Shown here one piece after another: positions 23,938 through 33,577 of a DNA stretch of 64,000 bases. The stretch is taken from the NCBI GenBank assembly GCA_004431415.1, contig QPMI01000575.1:5894-69893 (forward strand), in the 5' to 3' direction. The position numbers and the translations under genes were made by a program. This DNA is from Cyanophora paradoxa CCMP329. Taxonomy: Eukaryota; Plantae; Glaucophyta. The number at the start of each line of letters is the position of its first letter. Position 1 is the stretch's first letter. Below the pieces are notes generated by a model. It worked only from the letters and a program-made list of their open reading frames with translations. It ran no database searches and had not been told where the DNA came from.

Positions 23938-24473
23938 TTATCCATTTGCATATAACTTAGGTTCTAATGCTTCCATTCCGTCAAAAAATAGTTTAGTTCT
24001 ACAAACTGAACACTTAGCATTCTCATGTGATTCAAGTGAAGAGAGGAAACAATTAGGACAAATAAGAGTATTGCAAACGATACAGCCTTTATTATTTATG
24101 TTAGTGTCAATGTTTTCAAGACAGATAGGACATGTTTCATTCGGACTCTCAAAGTTTTCCCTCGCGAATGACTTAATAATGATATCTACGAACCATTTGG
24201 TGTTCTCCTCATCAAGATATGGGACTAACATGTAACGGTGTTTATATGAGAATGCAAAACGAATAGGTTGAAGGGCATGATATCCCGCCTTTTGCTTCCA
24301 TGCATCAAATACCCCTTTATTCTTGCGGTTCTTTGAATAAAGTATATAATCTGTCTTTCGTTGGCTTTCATTAAGAATTTCGTATAATTCTTATCATTCA
24401 GTTTATCTGATGCATTGACTATGGGATATGGCGAAATAGACTGTGAAAACGTCAATATATCGTTTAAATTCAT
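23938..24473 (-). CDS. RING-finger protein B (copy 2; 1-bp homopolymer deletion at ~24332)
   Basis: Copy of 15381-15917 split into two ORFs. Confidence 0.75.
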
Positions 24474-24507
24474 TTGGTTGTGCTACTATCTGTTACAGTT
24501 TCTTTAA

Positions 24508-24885
24508 TTAGCTTAGAGTTTTTTCAATGTCGAACACTCTTTTGAGAACGCCATCAATTCTTACAGCATGTGATTTAATCCCGAAAATGCGCTTAATCAC
24601 GATTCCGATGGCTGTTTTTGAAATCGGAAAGTCTATAAGCTCTTCTATTTCAGCATGGATTACATCGGAAGGTGTATAATCACCGTCATTACTTAACCTG
24701 TAACTATGCATTAAATACGCTTCCACATCAGACATCCCATGTTGATATTCGCCAATCCCATGTTGATATTCGCCAATCCCATGTTGATATTTGTCCATCC
24801 CATGTTGATATTTGCCCATCTCATGTTGATATTCGCCCATTTCCGTTTCATCCATAACAATTTCGATGTATTCCACGTCTTCCAT
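24508..24885 (-). CDS. Stand-alone winged-helix-like protein (copy 2)
   Basis: Same as 15952-16329. Confidence 0.65.
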   Translation of the reverse strand: MEDVEYIEIVMDETEMGEYQHEMGKYQHGMDKYQHGIGEYQHGIGEYQHGMSDVEAYLMHSYRLSNDGDYTPSDVIHAEIEELIDFPISKTAIGIVIKRIFGIKSHAVRIDGVLKRVFDIEKTLS

Positions 24886-25035
24886 GTTACACTTAACTGT
24901 TACATGTTAAATTTTGTTACAAGTTTTACGGTTGATGTCCAAAAATTGACACTGTAAAACACAGAAAGGTATTTAAGGGTTTGACTTAAAAGAGAAGTGA
25001 AAGGGAATAATTTCTTACCTTCCATTAGAGAATCA

Positions 25036-25476
25036 ATGGCGAATACTCGGAAATCAAACCAAGAGCTTATCGCTATTCAGAAAGGCGACCCGTTTGTAGA
25101 GATTGGAAAAAAGAAACCTGAGTTATCAATTGAAGAACAGGAAGAAAAGGCAAGGTTGAGAAGAGAGAAAGACAGGGAAAGAAAACGTGTAGCTTATCAG
25201 AAGAAGAAAGAAGAGAGACTCGCAAATGGCGAAAAAACAATACTGACAGCTGAGGAGCTGGAAAAGAGAGCCATATATTTACGTCGTCGATATGAAGAGG
25301 ACGCGGAATATAGAAAAAAGAGAATTGAGAGTGCAAACAATTACCTGAAACAGAAAAGGCGTGAGAAGAAGACGGAGCCAAAACCCAAAGTGCAAACAGT
25401 GCCTAAGAAATCGGGAAGACCTCGAAAGTATCCCGACCCGATCACATCTTTATCGGAAAAAAGCGTAGCGAATTGA
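25036..25476 (+). CDS. AT-hook basic protein (copy 2)
   Basis: Same as 16481-16921. Confidence 0.7.
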   Translation: MANTRKSNQELIAIQKGDPFVEIGKKKPELSIEEQEEKARLRREKDRERKRVAYQKKKEERLANGEKTILTAEELEKRAIYLRRRYEEDAEYRKKRIESANNYLKQKRREKKTEPKPKVQTVPKKSGRPRKYPDPITSLSEKSVAN

Positions 25477-25657
25477 TTGATGGGAGCGCAAAAATTGACG
25501 CTTTACTTTCTCCTTTTTATAACCTAAGCCAAATCATTAAAGTGCCGTGGGCAACCGAAAAGCATTTAAGGACATCCCGAGAAGATAATTTAAACCTGGG
25601 AGTTTCTCACTTCCTCGGATTATTTTCTCTGAGAAATTTAAGAATCAATCGCGAAAA

Positions 25658-28539
25658 ATGAATGCTAACACGAAAATCGCAACTCCCTGTGAGAGACTCG
25701 GTAACCTGTGCAAATTTACACCTGAGAAACATAATTGGGGTTCTTTCCTACATTGTCTCACTCCGAATACTGACAGCGAGACTGTCATAGAGTATTTCGA
25801 CCATCAGATTACGGAAAGGATTAATGATGATTTGAAGAAAGGCAAAAAACCGACCTACGCCGAATGCATTCAGCCAAACGAAATAACACGTGTCTATCTG
25901 GATTATGACGGCTATGTGGATCTTAAACCGGATGTTGCCGATAACTACAAGGAAGCCGATGAAATCATTCGTGAAATGCGCAAGAGACTACACGAACTCA
26001 CCGGTGCTACCATTGCTGTGTCCGTGCGTCATCGTCCTATCCATTTCGTTAAGGAAGACGTGACCCAATTTAAGGTATCGGGGCATTTCGTCTTTACCGA
26101 TCTGTGCTGTCGTCATGAAGACATCCCGAAATTCTTAAATGTAATCGGACTTACGCCAAAGGTGGATTATGACCCACTCGTTTATAAGACAAGGCAGGCG
26201 CTTGTTTGTCTGGGTAGTTGCAAGGGTAAATGGTTGGATTCCCAAAACAAGACTAAACGCGATGTTGATAAGGATGTAGTATTTACCAAATTCGTGGATT
26301 GTGAAACCATGTATGACAGCGACTTTTTCGCGCAATTCACGGATTGCCCCACTGTGCTTATCGATGAATCAAACATGTATATGTTTGATGCTAACCTAAC
26401 CCAAGATGAGAAAAACGAACGGTCGGCAAAGGCGGAAGTTGCAAAAGAGCAAATGAAGGAGGAAGGCAAGACTGAAACCAAGAAGGAGACGACCAAGAAG
26501 GAGACGACCAAGAAGGAGACCACAACAAAGAAGAAGGAGACGGCGACGACAAGCAAAAAAACAACAAAGAAAACGGAGAGTGAAGAGCAGCCGGAGGAGT
26601 CTAATAACGTTTCATTTGAGAAACTGAGAGAAGTCGTGATGGGTCTTAGTGCTGAAAGATCGGATACATACGAAGGTTGGCTTAATGTTGGTTTCGCAAT
26701 CGCGAATGTTGGAGAGGAAAACAATATACCACCCACGAAACAGGAGGCGCTGTTTCACGAATACTCCGAGAAAAGCCCTAAGTATGATTATGATGAATGC
26801 GCGAACAAATGGATGAGTATCCGCAAAGGCAAAAAATCCGGTTCCGAAAACAAAACTATAACTTTCGGCTCACTTGTGCATTATCTGAGAGAGGATAACC
26901 CGGACACGTATTATGGACTGTTTAAACCAAGCCGACAGTTTGCATTTATCGATGAGGAGGTGTGTATGGATGAGAATGACTATTCCGATGTTAGCGCCAT
27001 GAATGATAAGATGGCTCAAATCAAATTAGAAATGGATAAGACGCTATTAAGTCAAGGTCTCCCACTTCCTGTTAGCAAGATCTGTAAAGCATTAATTGGC
27101 TACAAAGTGCGGTTTTCACGTGGTCTGTGGTTGATCCTGAATGAGAAAACCGGATTTTGGAAGGTAGATAATAAGTATGATGGTGGTATGATAACTCTTA
27201 TCGGTGAGGTTGTCGGGAAAGCATACTTAGACCGGGAGAACCATTGGGCTACCAAGGCGGCAAAGGCGGAGGAACAGAGCGATAAAAAGGAATTCGCAGT
27301 AAAGGCAGCCGCCTGTGCAAAAATTGCGCAAAAACTTAACTGTGGAGGTTACACGAAAGGACTTCTTACATATCTCTCTCATGACCTTTACGATGAGACA
27401 TTTGCCGATAGGTTGGATTCAGTCGCGAATGTTGTTGGCTTTGACGATGGCGTTTATGATCTTAACACGTTTGAGTTCCGTAATGGTCGTTCTTCTGATA
27501 TGATGACTAAGACAGTCTGTTATAACTATGATATTCCGGTGGATCCTGAGAAGGTCAAACGACTCAATGACTTCTACATGGATATCACAGGTGACAATGT
27601 CGAACTTGCAAGATACATTAAGGCTGTTTATGCCAAGTCTCTAACGGGTAAAAATAACATGCAGTTTTCTATATGTTTACGGGTATCGGCTCGAACGGAA
27701 AGAGCGTAATCGAAAATTTCATGCATAAGACATTTGGCGACTACTCACGAAATATGAGCATTGGGATTTTCACGAAGGAGGATAAAGGTAATGGAATGAT
27801 TCCGGAACTTGCGAATAAGCAAGGTGTTAGGCTCGTCCATACAAACGAACCAAACACGGGTAGCAAACTGTTGGCGGGACAAATCAAGAATTTCACAGGT
27901 TGTGATGAGATCACAGTAAGAACCCTTTTCAAAGAACCAATTTCATTTGCTCCGATGTTTGTTATCGTCATCCTCTGTAATAATAACCTCGAATTTGATC
28001 AGCCCGACAATGCAGTAGCGCGCCGCTTCCGTTCTGTTCCATTTCAGCAGGTCTATGCCGTCGAACCTAAGCCCGGACAGAAGAAAGCGGATAAAGACCT
28101 TACCGGGTTGTTGAATCCCGATAATGACGTAAATGGTGAATGGCGCAGGGCAAACATGGAGATTCTCATAGACATGCTTAAAAACCATGATGTTAATCAT
28201 ATAATCGACCATCCGCCCCAATGCATCCTCGAACATTCCGCTAATTATCTCGCGGACAGCGACCGTATCGGCACATTCCTAAGGGACAACTACGCTTTGG
28301 CGGAGGATAACACGAAATACATAATATGTGACGATCTGTTTAAGGATTGCTCAAATACGATGAGAGATGTTGATAGAAGAGCAGCGATAACAGGACGAGC
28401 TGTAAGCAATAAGGTGATGGAGGTGTTTAAGATCGGCTCGACTGTAAAAAAGGTTGGTGGAAAATCGAAGCGTGTTTATCTCGGTCTCACAAAGAACCGC
28501 GCTAACGATTTTGAAGACGATGACGAAGATGTGGAATAA
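25658..28539 (+). CDS. AEP primase-PriCT2-D5/SF3 helicase (copy 2; one 1-bp deletion at ~27665; consensus 960 aa)
   Basis: Motifs as in copy 1; restoring one T joins the 25658 and 27673 ORFs. Confidence 0.92.
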
Positions 28540-28610
28540 AACTTATTGGAAAATATACTATTGATATCTTTTTTATGATCATGAACCGTAAGACTCGGTT
28601 CTTAATAGAA

Positions 28611-28919
28611 GGTTACTTTAAGGTTTCTCGGAGTTACTCGGAGTTACTCAGAGAGGTTACGTAGCGGTTCCGTTAATTTGTTACCATTTTCAGTATTGAT
28701 ATACCGAATTTCTCTTTATTTCACAGCTGTGAGTTACGGTTACGCAACTTTTTGAATTCTTTCTGAAAATTTGGAGGGGGGTCTTTTTATAGGTGAAGGT
28801 CTAAAACTTGCGTAACCGCGTAACTTGCGTAACCTCTACGACATTATGGTGTCATTTCTCTATTATTTTGGGTTACGTAACGTTTCTCCTTGCGTAACTT
28901 GTGTAACCTCAACGTAACC
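28611..28919. promoter_or_regulatory. Iteron module 4, directly downstream of the primase-helicase (truncated copy at 20055-20293; mirror at ~33199-33510)
   Basis: Same architecture; the position after the rep gene resembles P4/PICI origins. Confidence 0.65.
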
Positions 28920-29064
28920 TTCTTATTAATACATAGATATCACATGTTCTCTCTTGTTATCATTTGTTGGCGTTATAGAATGTAGGTAAGACATCGGAAA
29001 AAGTGAAAAAATGACATCTTAACTACATATAAGGTTGTTGTGATATATTCATTTGATAATTAAG

Positions 29065-29289
29065 ATGGCTTGCAAACTCCCCGAACGCATCGACATGGGT
29101 GAATATCTCATTAAAGACCTTCCGGAAGAGTTAAAACCACTTGCACGCAAGATGGACTTAAAAGGAATACGAGAATACTATGAGAGAACCTACCCTGATT
29201 TATACAAGAAAAAACAGCGTGTCGAACCATCGGAATGCATCACTGTTAAGGTTCCAAAAGGCGTAAAGGTCAGAATTCAGAGAATCTAA
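29065..29289 (+). CDS. Hypothetical protein, 74 aa
   Basis: ATG ORF MACKLP... with AAAAATGAC at 29007-29015. Confidence 0.6.
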   Translation: MACKLPERIDMGEYLIKDLPEELKPLARKMDLKGIREYYERTYPDLYKKKQRVEPSECITVKVPKGVKVRIQRI

Positions 29290-29353
29290 CACGCTGAATA
29301 ATATAAAAAACAATTGTAACGCATGATTAATAGAAACAAAAAAAACATTTAAA

Positions 29354-29671
29354 ATGAAGAGCTTCTACGCTATCAGAGAGCATGACGCCCTTCTTTTTTA
29401 TACGCGATTCTTTGAGAATCCGGAAAACAGATGTATGGAGAAATTCGAAGACTTCTGTAAAGAATTTACCCAAATCGCTTATGGTAACACTGAAATACGA
29501 AGACCATCAAGAAAGCAAAAATTAAAAGACCTTTTTCAAAACATGATCTTGTCATTTGATGCTGATAATAGAAATACTAAATATCATAATACAGTCACAG
29601 GATCTGTTAGGGAACGTCTCCAAGAGAAATTAGCAAAACGAAGAATATCACAATGTGTGACCTATTGTTAA
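29354..29671 (+). CDS. Hypothetical protein, 105 aa
   Basis: ATG ORF, intact in both arms. Confidence 0.6.
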   Translation: MKSFYAIREHDALLFYTRFFENPENRCMEKFEDFCKEFTQIAYGNTEIRRPSRKQKLKDLFQNMILSFDADNRNTKYHNTVTGSVRERLQEKLAKRRISQCVTYC

Positions 29672-29788
29672 ACGCACTTTAAAAAGGGTCTTTTTTGCAA
29701 ACCTCCACAGGATCGTGTAGGTTTATGTTTCGATCTACGCAAACAGCTACAATGTCCTGTATAGGTAGTTTTGAAAATTAAAGCGTTT

Positions 29789-30235
29789 TCACTCTTTCCT
29801 GTTCCGATAACATTCGCATTCTGAAAGAAATGACCTTAATATTAACTTCCTTATTGCGTCGCGACCTTCCCAATTGTTGTGATCTTTACCCAAAAGTTTG
29901 ACAAAGTCTAAGATATGGATAAACTCGGAACGCGATATATCATTAGGTAAATCAAACGGCTCCGTTTCTATTTCCCAATAATTCACTTTGTAGAAATATA
30001 ACAAACCGTCAGATCCCTTAGCATAATGTATATCGGGATTCTCTGTAAAATATCCGATTTGCTCAATTTTCCATATTATGTCGCTATTATCTAATTCATT
30101 CATAAACATTATCAATCTGTCGATATTGATTTTAATTAAGGAAGTATTAACTGAAAACACGGGCTTTCCGTTGTACATATACGGCGTCTCCATCATTGCA
30201 ATCAATCTTAGCACGAGCGTTAGGATGTCTCCCAT
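29789..30235 (-). CDS. Hypothetical protein, ~148 aa
   Basis: Start MGDILT preferred because AAAAATGA (30252-30259, minus strand) lies just upstream. Confidence 0.6.
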   Translation of the reverse strand: MGDILTLVLRLIAMMETPYMYNGKPVFSVNTSLIKINIDRLIMFMNELDNSDIIWKIEQIGYFTENPDIHYAKGSDGLLYFYKVNYWEIETEPFDLPNDISRSEFIHILDFVKLLGKDHNNWEGRDAIRKLILRSFLSECECYRNRKE

Positions 30236-30469
30236 GCCGCTTAAATGGTTTTCATTTTTTGCCCGCTCAAAAATTGACGCCCCACAAGAACAAACCATAA
30301 CCTGTAATGCAACGCTCTGTTATTTATGGTCGAATCTAATGATGCTACATATGTATTTGTCGAAAAAGAGAATTAACACACTCTAAACCTCTTTCGAAAT
30401 GCTATAATCCCCATTGTTTACTTTTCACTTTGTGAAAAATCCCTTTTGTATGTGGAAATATCTTTTTTT

Positions 30470-31615
30470 TCAGAGAGTCTTTAAGAATTGGTCAATACAT
30501 CCTTTTATGTTTTTTTCAGTGTATGGTATTCTTAAAAGCTTTAAATTATGAGTCTCACAGTATCTGTTTTTAATTCCATCTCTAATCTGTGTTATTTTAA
30601 ATCCTTCTTCTCCCCCAAACCACTTAACAGGTTCAAAATGTTGTTGACCGTCAAACTCTATAACAATGTTCAGGCTTGGTATGAAAAAGTCAAACCTCAA
30701 TTTATTTTTATAAAAGCAATCAGAAAACATATACTCTGTCTTGTGAGCAATGTCCAAATCTTCTAAATACCTTTTTATTTCCCGTTCTCCATGTGATGAT
30801 TTACAGTGGGGACAGCCGCTTTTTTGTGAAAGATGATAATTTGGAACCTGAGAGAACTCACTATTACATTTTCGGCAAGTTAGGTTAACTTTTGTTTTCG
30901 AATCAATATAATTGACCTTTGAGTAATCATAATCATCTCCATGCACCTCTCTTGCTTTTTCTACAAACTGTCGCGTTGTTAACCTGAAAGTCTCGGAACG
31001 TTTTCTATGACTACAATGTTTACAACCCTGTCCGCTTAAATGGTTTGCCGGTTCCATTAAAAAGAATTGCTCACAAGTCAGACACTGTATCTTAACTTTT
31101 ACTTTTGAATTCACATAGTCTGCATGCTGATAATCATATTTTCCATTATGGGCTTCTGTTGCCTTTGCAACAAATGTGTCTTTTGTCAATCTCTGCTTTT
31201 GTTTCATTGTTTTAATGCCTTTTTGGGGACATCCACTCCCCATTATATGACTGTTTGGCGTTTGAAAATAAAAATGATTGCATTCAAAGCAATAGATTTT
31301 AACCTTTGTTTGACTGTTAATATAGTCGACCTCATCATATCCATACTGTTCACCGTGCTTTGCTTTCGCTCTTTCTATAAACTCTTCTTTGGTATGTCTA
31401 TTTTTATCTTTAATTGTTTGGATTTTACACAATTTACACCCGCAACCTGATAAATGGTCATGGGGTGTTTGAGTAAACACCGTTTTGCAAGAAAGGCAAA
31501 CTATCGAAACCCTTGTTGAGTTATCAATGTATTCTACATTGGCGTAGTTATATTTGTCTCCATGCTTGGCTTTTGCCTTTTCTACAAAACTCTCGGTTGT
31601 ATCTTTTACAGGCAT
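30470..31615 (-). CDS. Zn-ribbon-repeat (DUF723-like) plus Vsr-like PD-(D/E)xK endonuclease, 381 aa
   Basis: Four repeats of F..KA...HG..Y.Y..V.Y..S..KV.I.C..C...F...P..HL.G.GC..C; C-terminal LRFDFFIPSLNIVIEFDGQQH; the only single-copy gene, in the palindrome spacer. Confidence 0.85.
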   Translation of the reverse strand: MPVKDTTESFVEKAKAKHGDKYNYANVEYIDNSTRVSIVCLSCKTVFTQTPHDHLSGCGCKLCKIQTIKDKNRHTKEEFIERAKAKHGEQYGYDEVDYINSQTKVKIYCFECNHFYFQTPNSHIMGSGCPQKGIKTMKQKQRLTKDTFVAKATEAHNGKYDYQHADYVNSKVKVKIQCLTCEQFFLMEPANHLSGQGCKHCSHRKRSETFRLTTRQFVEKAREVHGDDYDYSKVNYIDSKTKVNLTCRKCNSEFSQVPNYHLSQKSGCPHCKSSHGEREIKRYLEDLDIAHKTEYMFSDCFYKNKLRFDFFIPSLNIVIEFDGQQHFEPVKWFGGEEGFKITQIRDGIKNRYCETHNLKLLRIPYTEKNIKGCIDQFLKTL

Positions 31616-31889
31616 CTTATTAAAACTATAAACTGTTATACTTTTAAATAAATTTGTTCCGCGATATTTCCACATACAAAAGGGATTTTTCACAAAGTGA
31701 AAAGTAAACAATGGGGATTATAGCATTTCGAAAGAGGTTTAGAGTGTGTTAATTCTCTTTTTCGACAAATACATATGTAGCATCATTAGATTCGACCATA
31801 AATAACAGAGCGTTGCATTACAGGTTATGGTTTGTTCTTGTGGGGCGTCAATTTTTGAGCGGGCAAAAAATGAAAACCATTTAAGCGGC

Positions 31890-32333
31890 ATGGGAGACAT
31901 CCTAACGCTCGTGCTAAGATTGATTGCAATGATGGAGACGCCGTATATGTACAACGGAAAGCCCGTGTTTTCAGTTAATACTTCCTTAATTAAAATCAAT
32001 ATCGACAGATTGATAATGTTTATGAATGAATTAGATAATAGCGACATAATATGGAAATTGAGCAAATCGGATATTTTACAGAGAATCCCGATATACATTA
32101 TGCTAAGGATCTGACGGTTTGTTATATTTCTACAAAGTGAATTATTGGGAAATAGAAACGGAGCCGTTTGATTTACCTAATGATATATCGCGTTCCGAGT
32201 TTATCCATATCTTAGACTTTGTCAAACTTTTGGGTAAAGATCACAACAATTGGAAGGTCGCGACGCAATAAGGAAGTTAATATTAAGGTCATTTCTTTCA
32301 GAATGCGAATGTTATCGGAACAGGAAAGAGTGA
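31890..32333 (+). CDS. Mirror copy of 29789-30235 (homopolymer frameshifts)
   Basis: Inverted arm copy. Confidence 0.55.
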
Positions 32334-32449
32334 AAACGCTTTAATTTTCAAAACTACCTATACAGGACATTGTAGCTGTTTGCGTAGATCGAAACATAAA
32401 CCTACACGATCCTGTGGAGGTTTGCAAAAAGACCCTTTTTAAAGTGCGT

Positions 32450-32767
32450 TTAACAATAGGTCACACATTGTGATATTCTTCGTTTTGCTAATTTCTCTTG
32501 GAGACGTTCCCTAACAGATCCTGTGACTGTATTATGATATTTAGTATTTCTATTATCAGCATCAAATGACAAGATCATGTTTTGAAAAAGGTCTTTTAAT
32601 TTTTGCTTTCTTGATGGTCTTCGTATTTCAGTGTTACCATAAGCGATTTGGGTAAATTCTTTACAGAAGTCTTCGAATTTCTCCATACATCTGTTTTCCG
32701 GATTCTCAAAGAATCGCGTATAAAAAAGAAGGGCGTCATGCTCTCTGATAGCGTAGAAGCTCTTCAT
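32450..32767 (-). CDS. Hypothetical protein, 105 aa (mirror)
   Basis: Same as 29354-29671. Confidence 0.6.
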   Translation of the reverse strand: MKSFYAIREHDALLFYTRFFENPENRCMEKFEDFCKEFTQIAYGNTEIRRPSRKQKLKDLFQNMILSFDADNRNTKYHNTVTGSVRERLQEKLAKRRISQCVTYC

Positions 32768-32831
32768 TTTAAATGTTTTTTTTGTTTCTATTAATCATGC
32801 GTTACAATTGTTTTTTATATTATTCAGCGTG

Positions 32832-33056
32832 TTAGATTCTCTGAATTCTGACCTTTACGCCTTTTGGAACCTTAACAGTGATGCATTCCGATGGTTCGAC
32901 ACGCTGTTTTTTCTTGTATAAATCAGGGTAGGTTCTCTCATAGTATTCTCGTATTCCTTTTAAGTCCATCTTGCGTGCAAGTGGTTTTAACTCTTCCGGA
33001 AGGTCTTTAATGAGATATTCACCCATGTCGATGCGTTCGGGGAGTTTGCAAGCCAT
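32832..33056 (-). CDS. Hypothetical protein, 74 aa (mirror)
   Basis: Same as 29065-29289. Confidence 0.6.
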   Translation of the reverse strand: MACKLPERIDMGEYLIKDLPEELKPLARKMDLKGIREYYERTYPDLYKKKQRVEPSECITVKVPKGVKVRIQRI

Positions 33057-33577
33057 CTTAATTATCAAATGAATATATCACAACAACCTTATATGTAGTT
33101 AAGATGTCATTTTTTCACTTTTTCCGATGTCTTACCTACATTCTATAACGCCAACAAATGATAACAAGAGAGAACATGTGATATCTATGTATTAATAGAA
33201 GGTTACGTTGAGGTTACACAAGTTACGCAAGGAGAAACGTTACGTAACCCAAATAATAGAGAAATGACACCATAATGTCGTAGAGGTTACGCAAGTTACG
33301 CGGTTACGCAAGTTTTAGACCTTCACCTATAAAAAGACCCCCTCCAAATTTTCAGAAAGAATTCAAAAAGTTGCGTAACCGTAACTCACAGCTGTGAAAT
33401 AAAGAGAAATTCGGTATATCAATACTGAAAATGGTAACAAATTAACGGAACCGCTACGTAACCTCTCTGAGTAACTCCGAGTAACTCCGAGAAACCTTAA
33501 AGTAACCTTCTATTAAGAACCGAGTCTTACGGTTCATGATCATAAAAAGATATCAATAGTATATTTTCCAATAAGTT

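Larger units (their letters stand above)
11732..28837 (+). repeat. 8.55-kb direct tandem duplication (11732-20279 and 20292-28837)
   Basis: The same ORF set recurs at an offset of ~8556-8560 bp; junction at 20280-20291. Confidence 0.95.

Noticed and set aside
12533-28919. GTTAC modules as MITEs or CRISPR-like arrays
   Set aside because: They have no TSDs or sharp TIR ends and no repeat-spacer periodicity, and within this window they are confined to the element.
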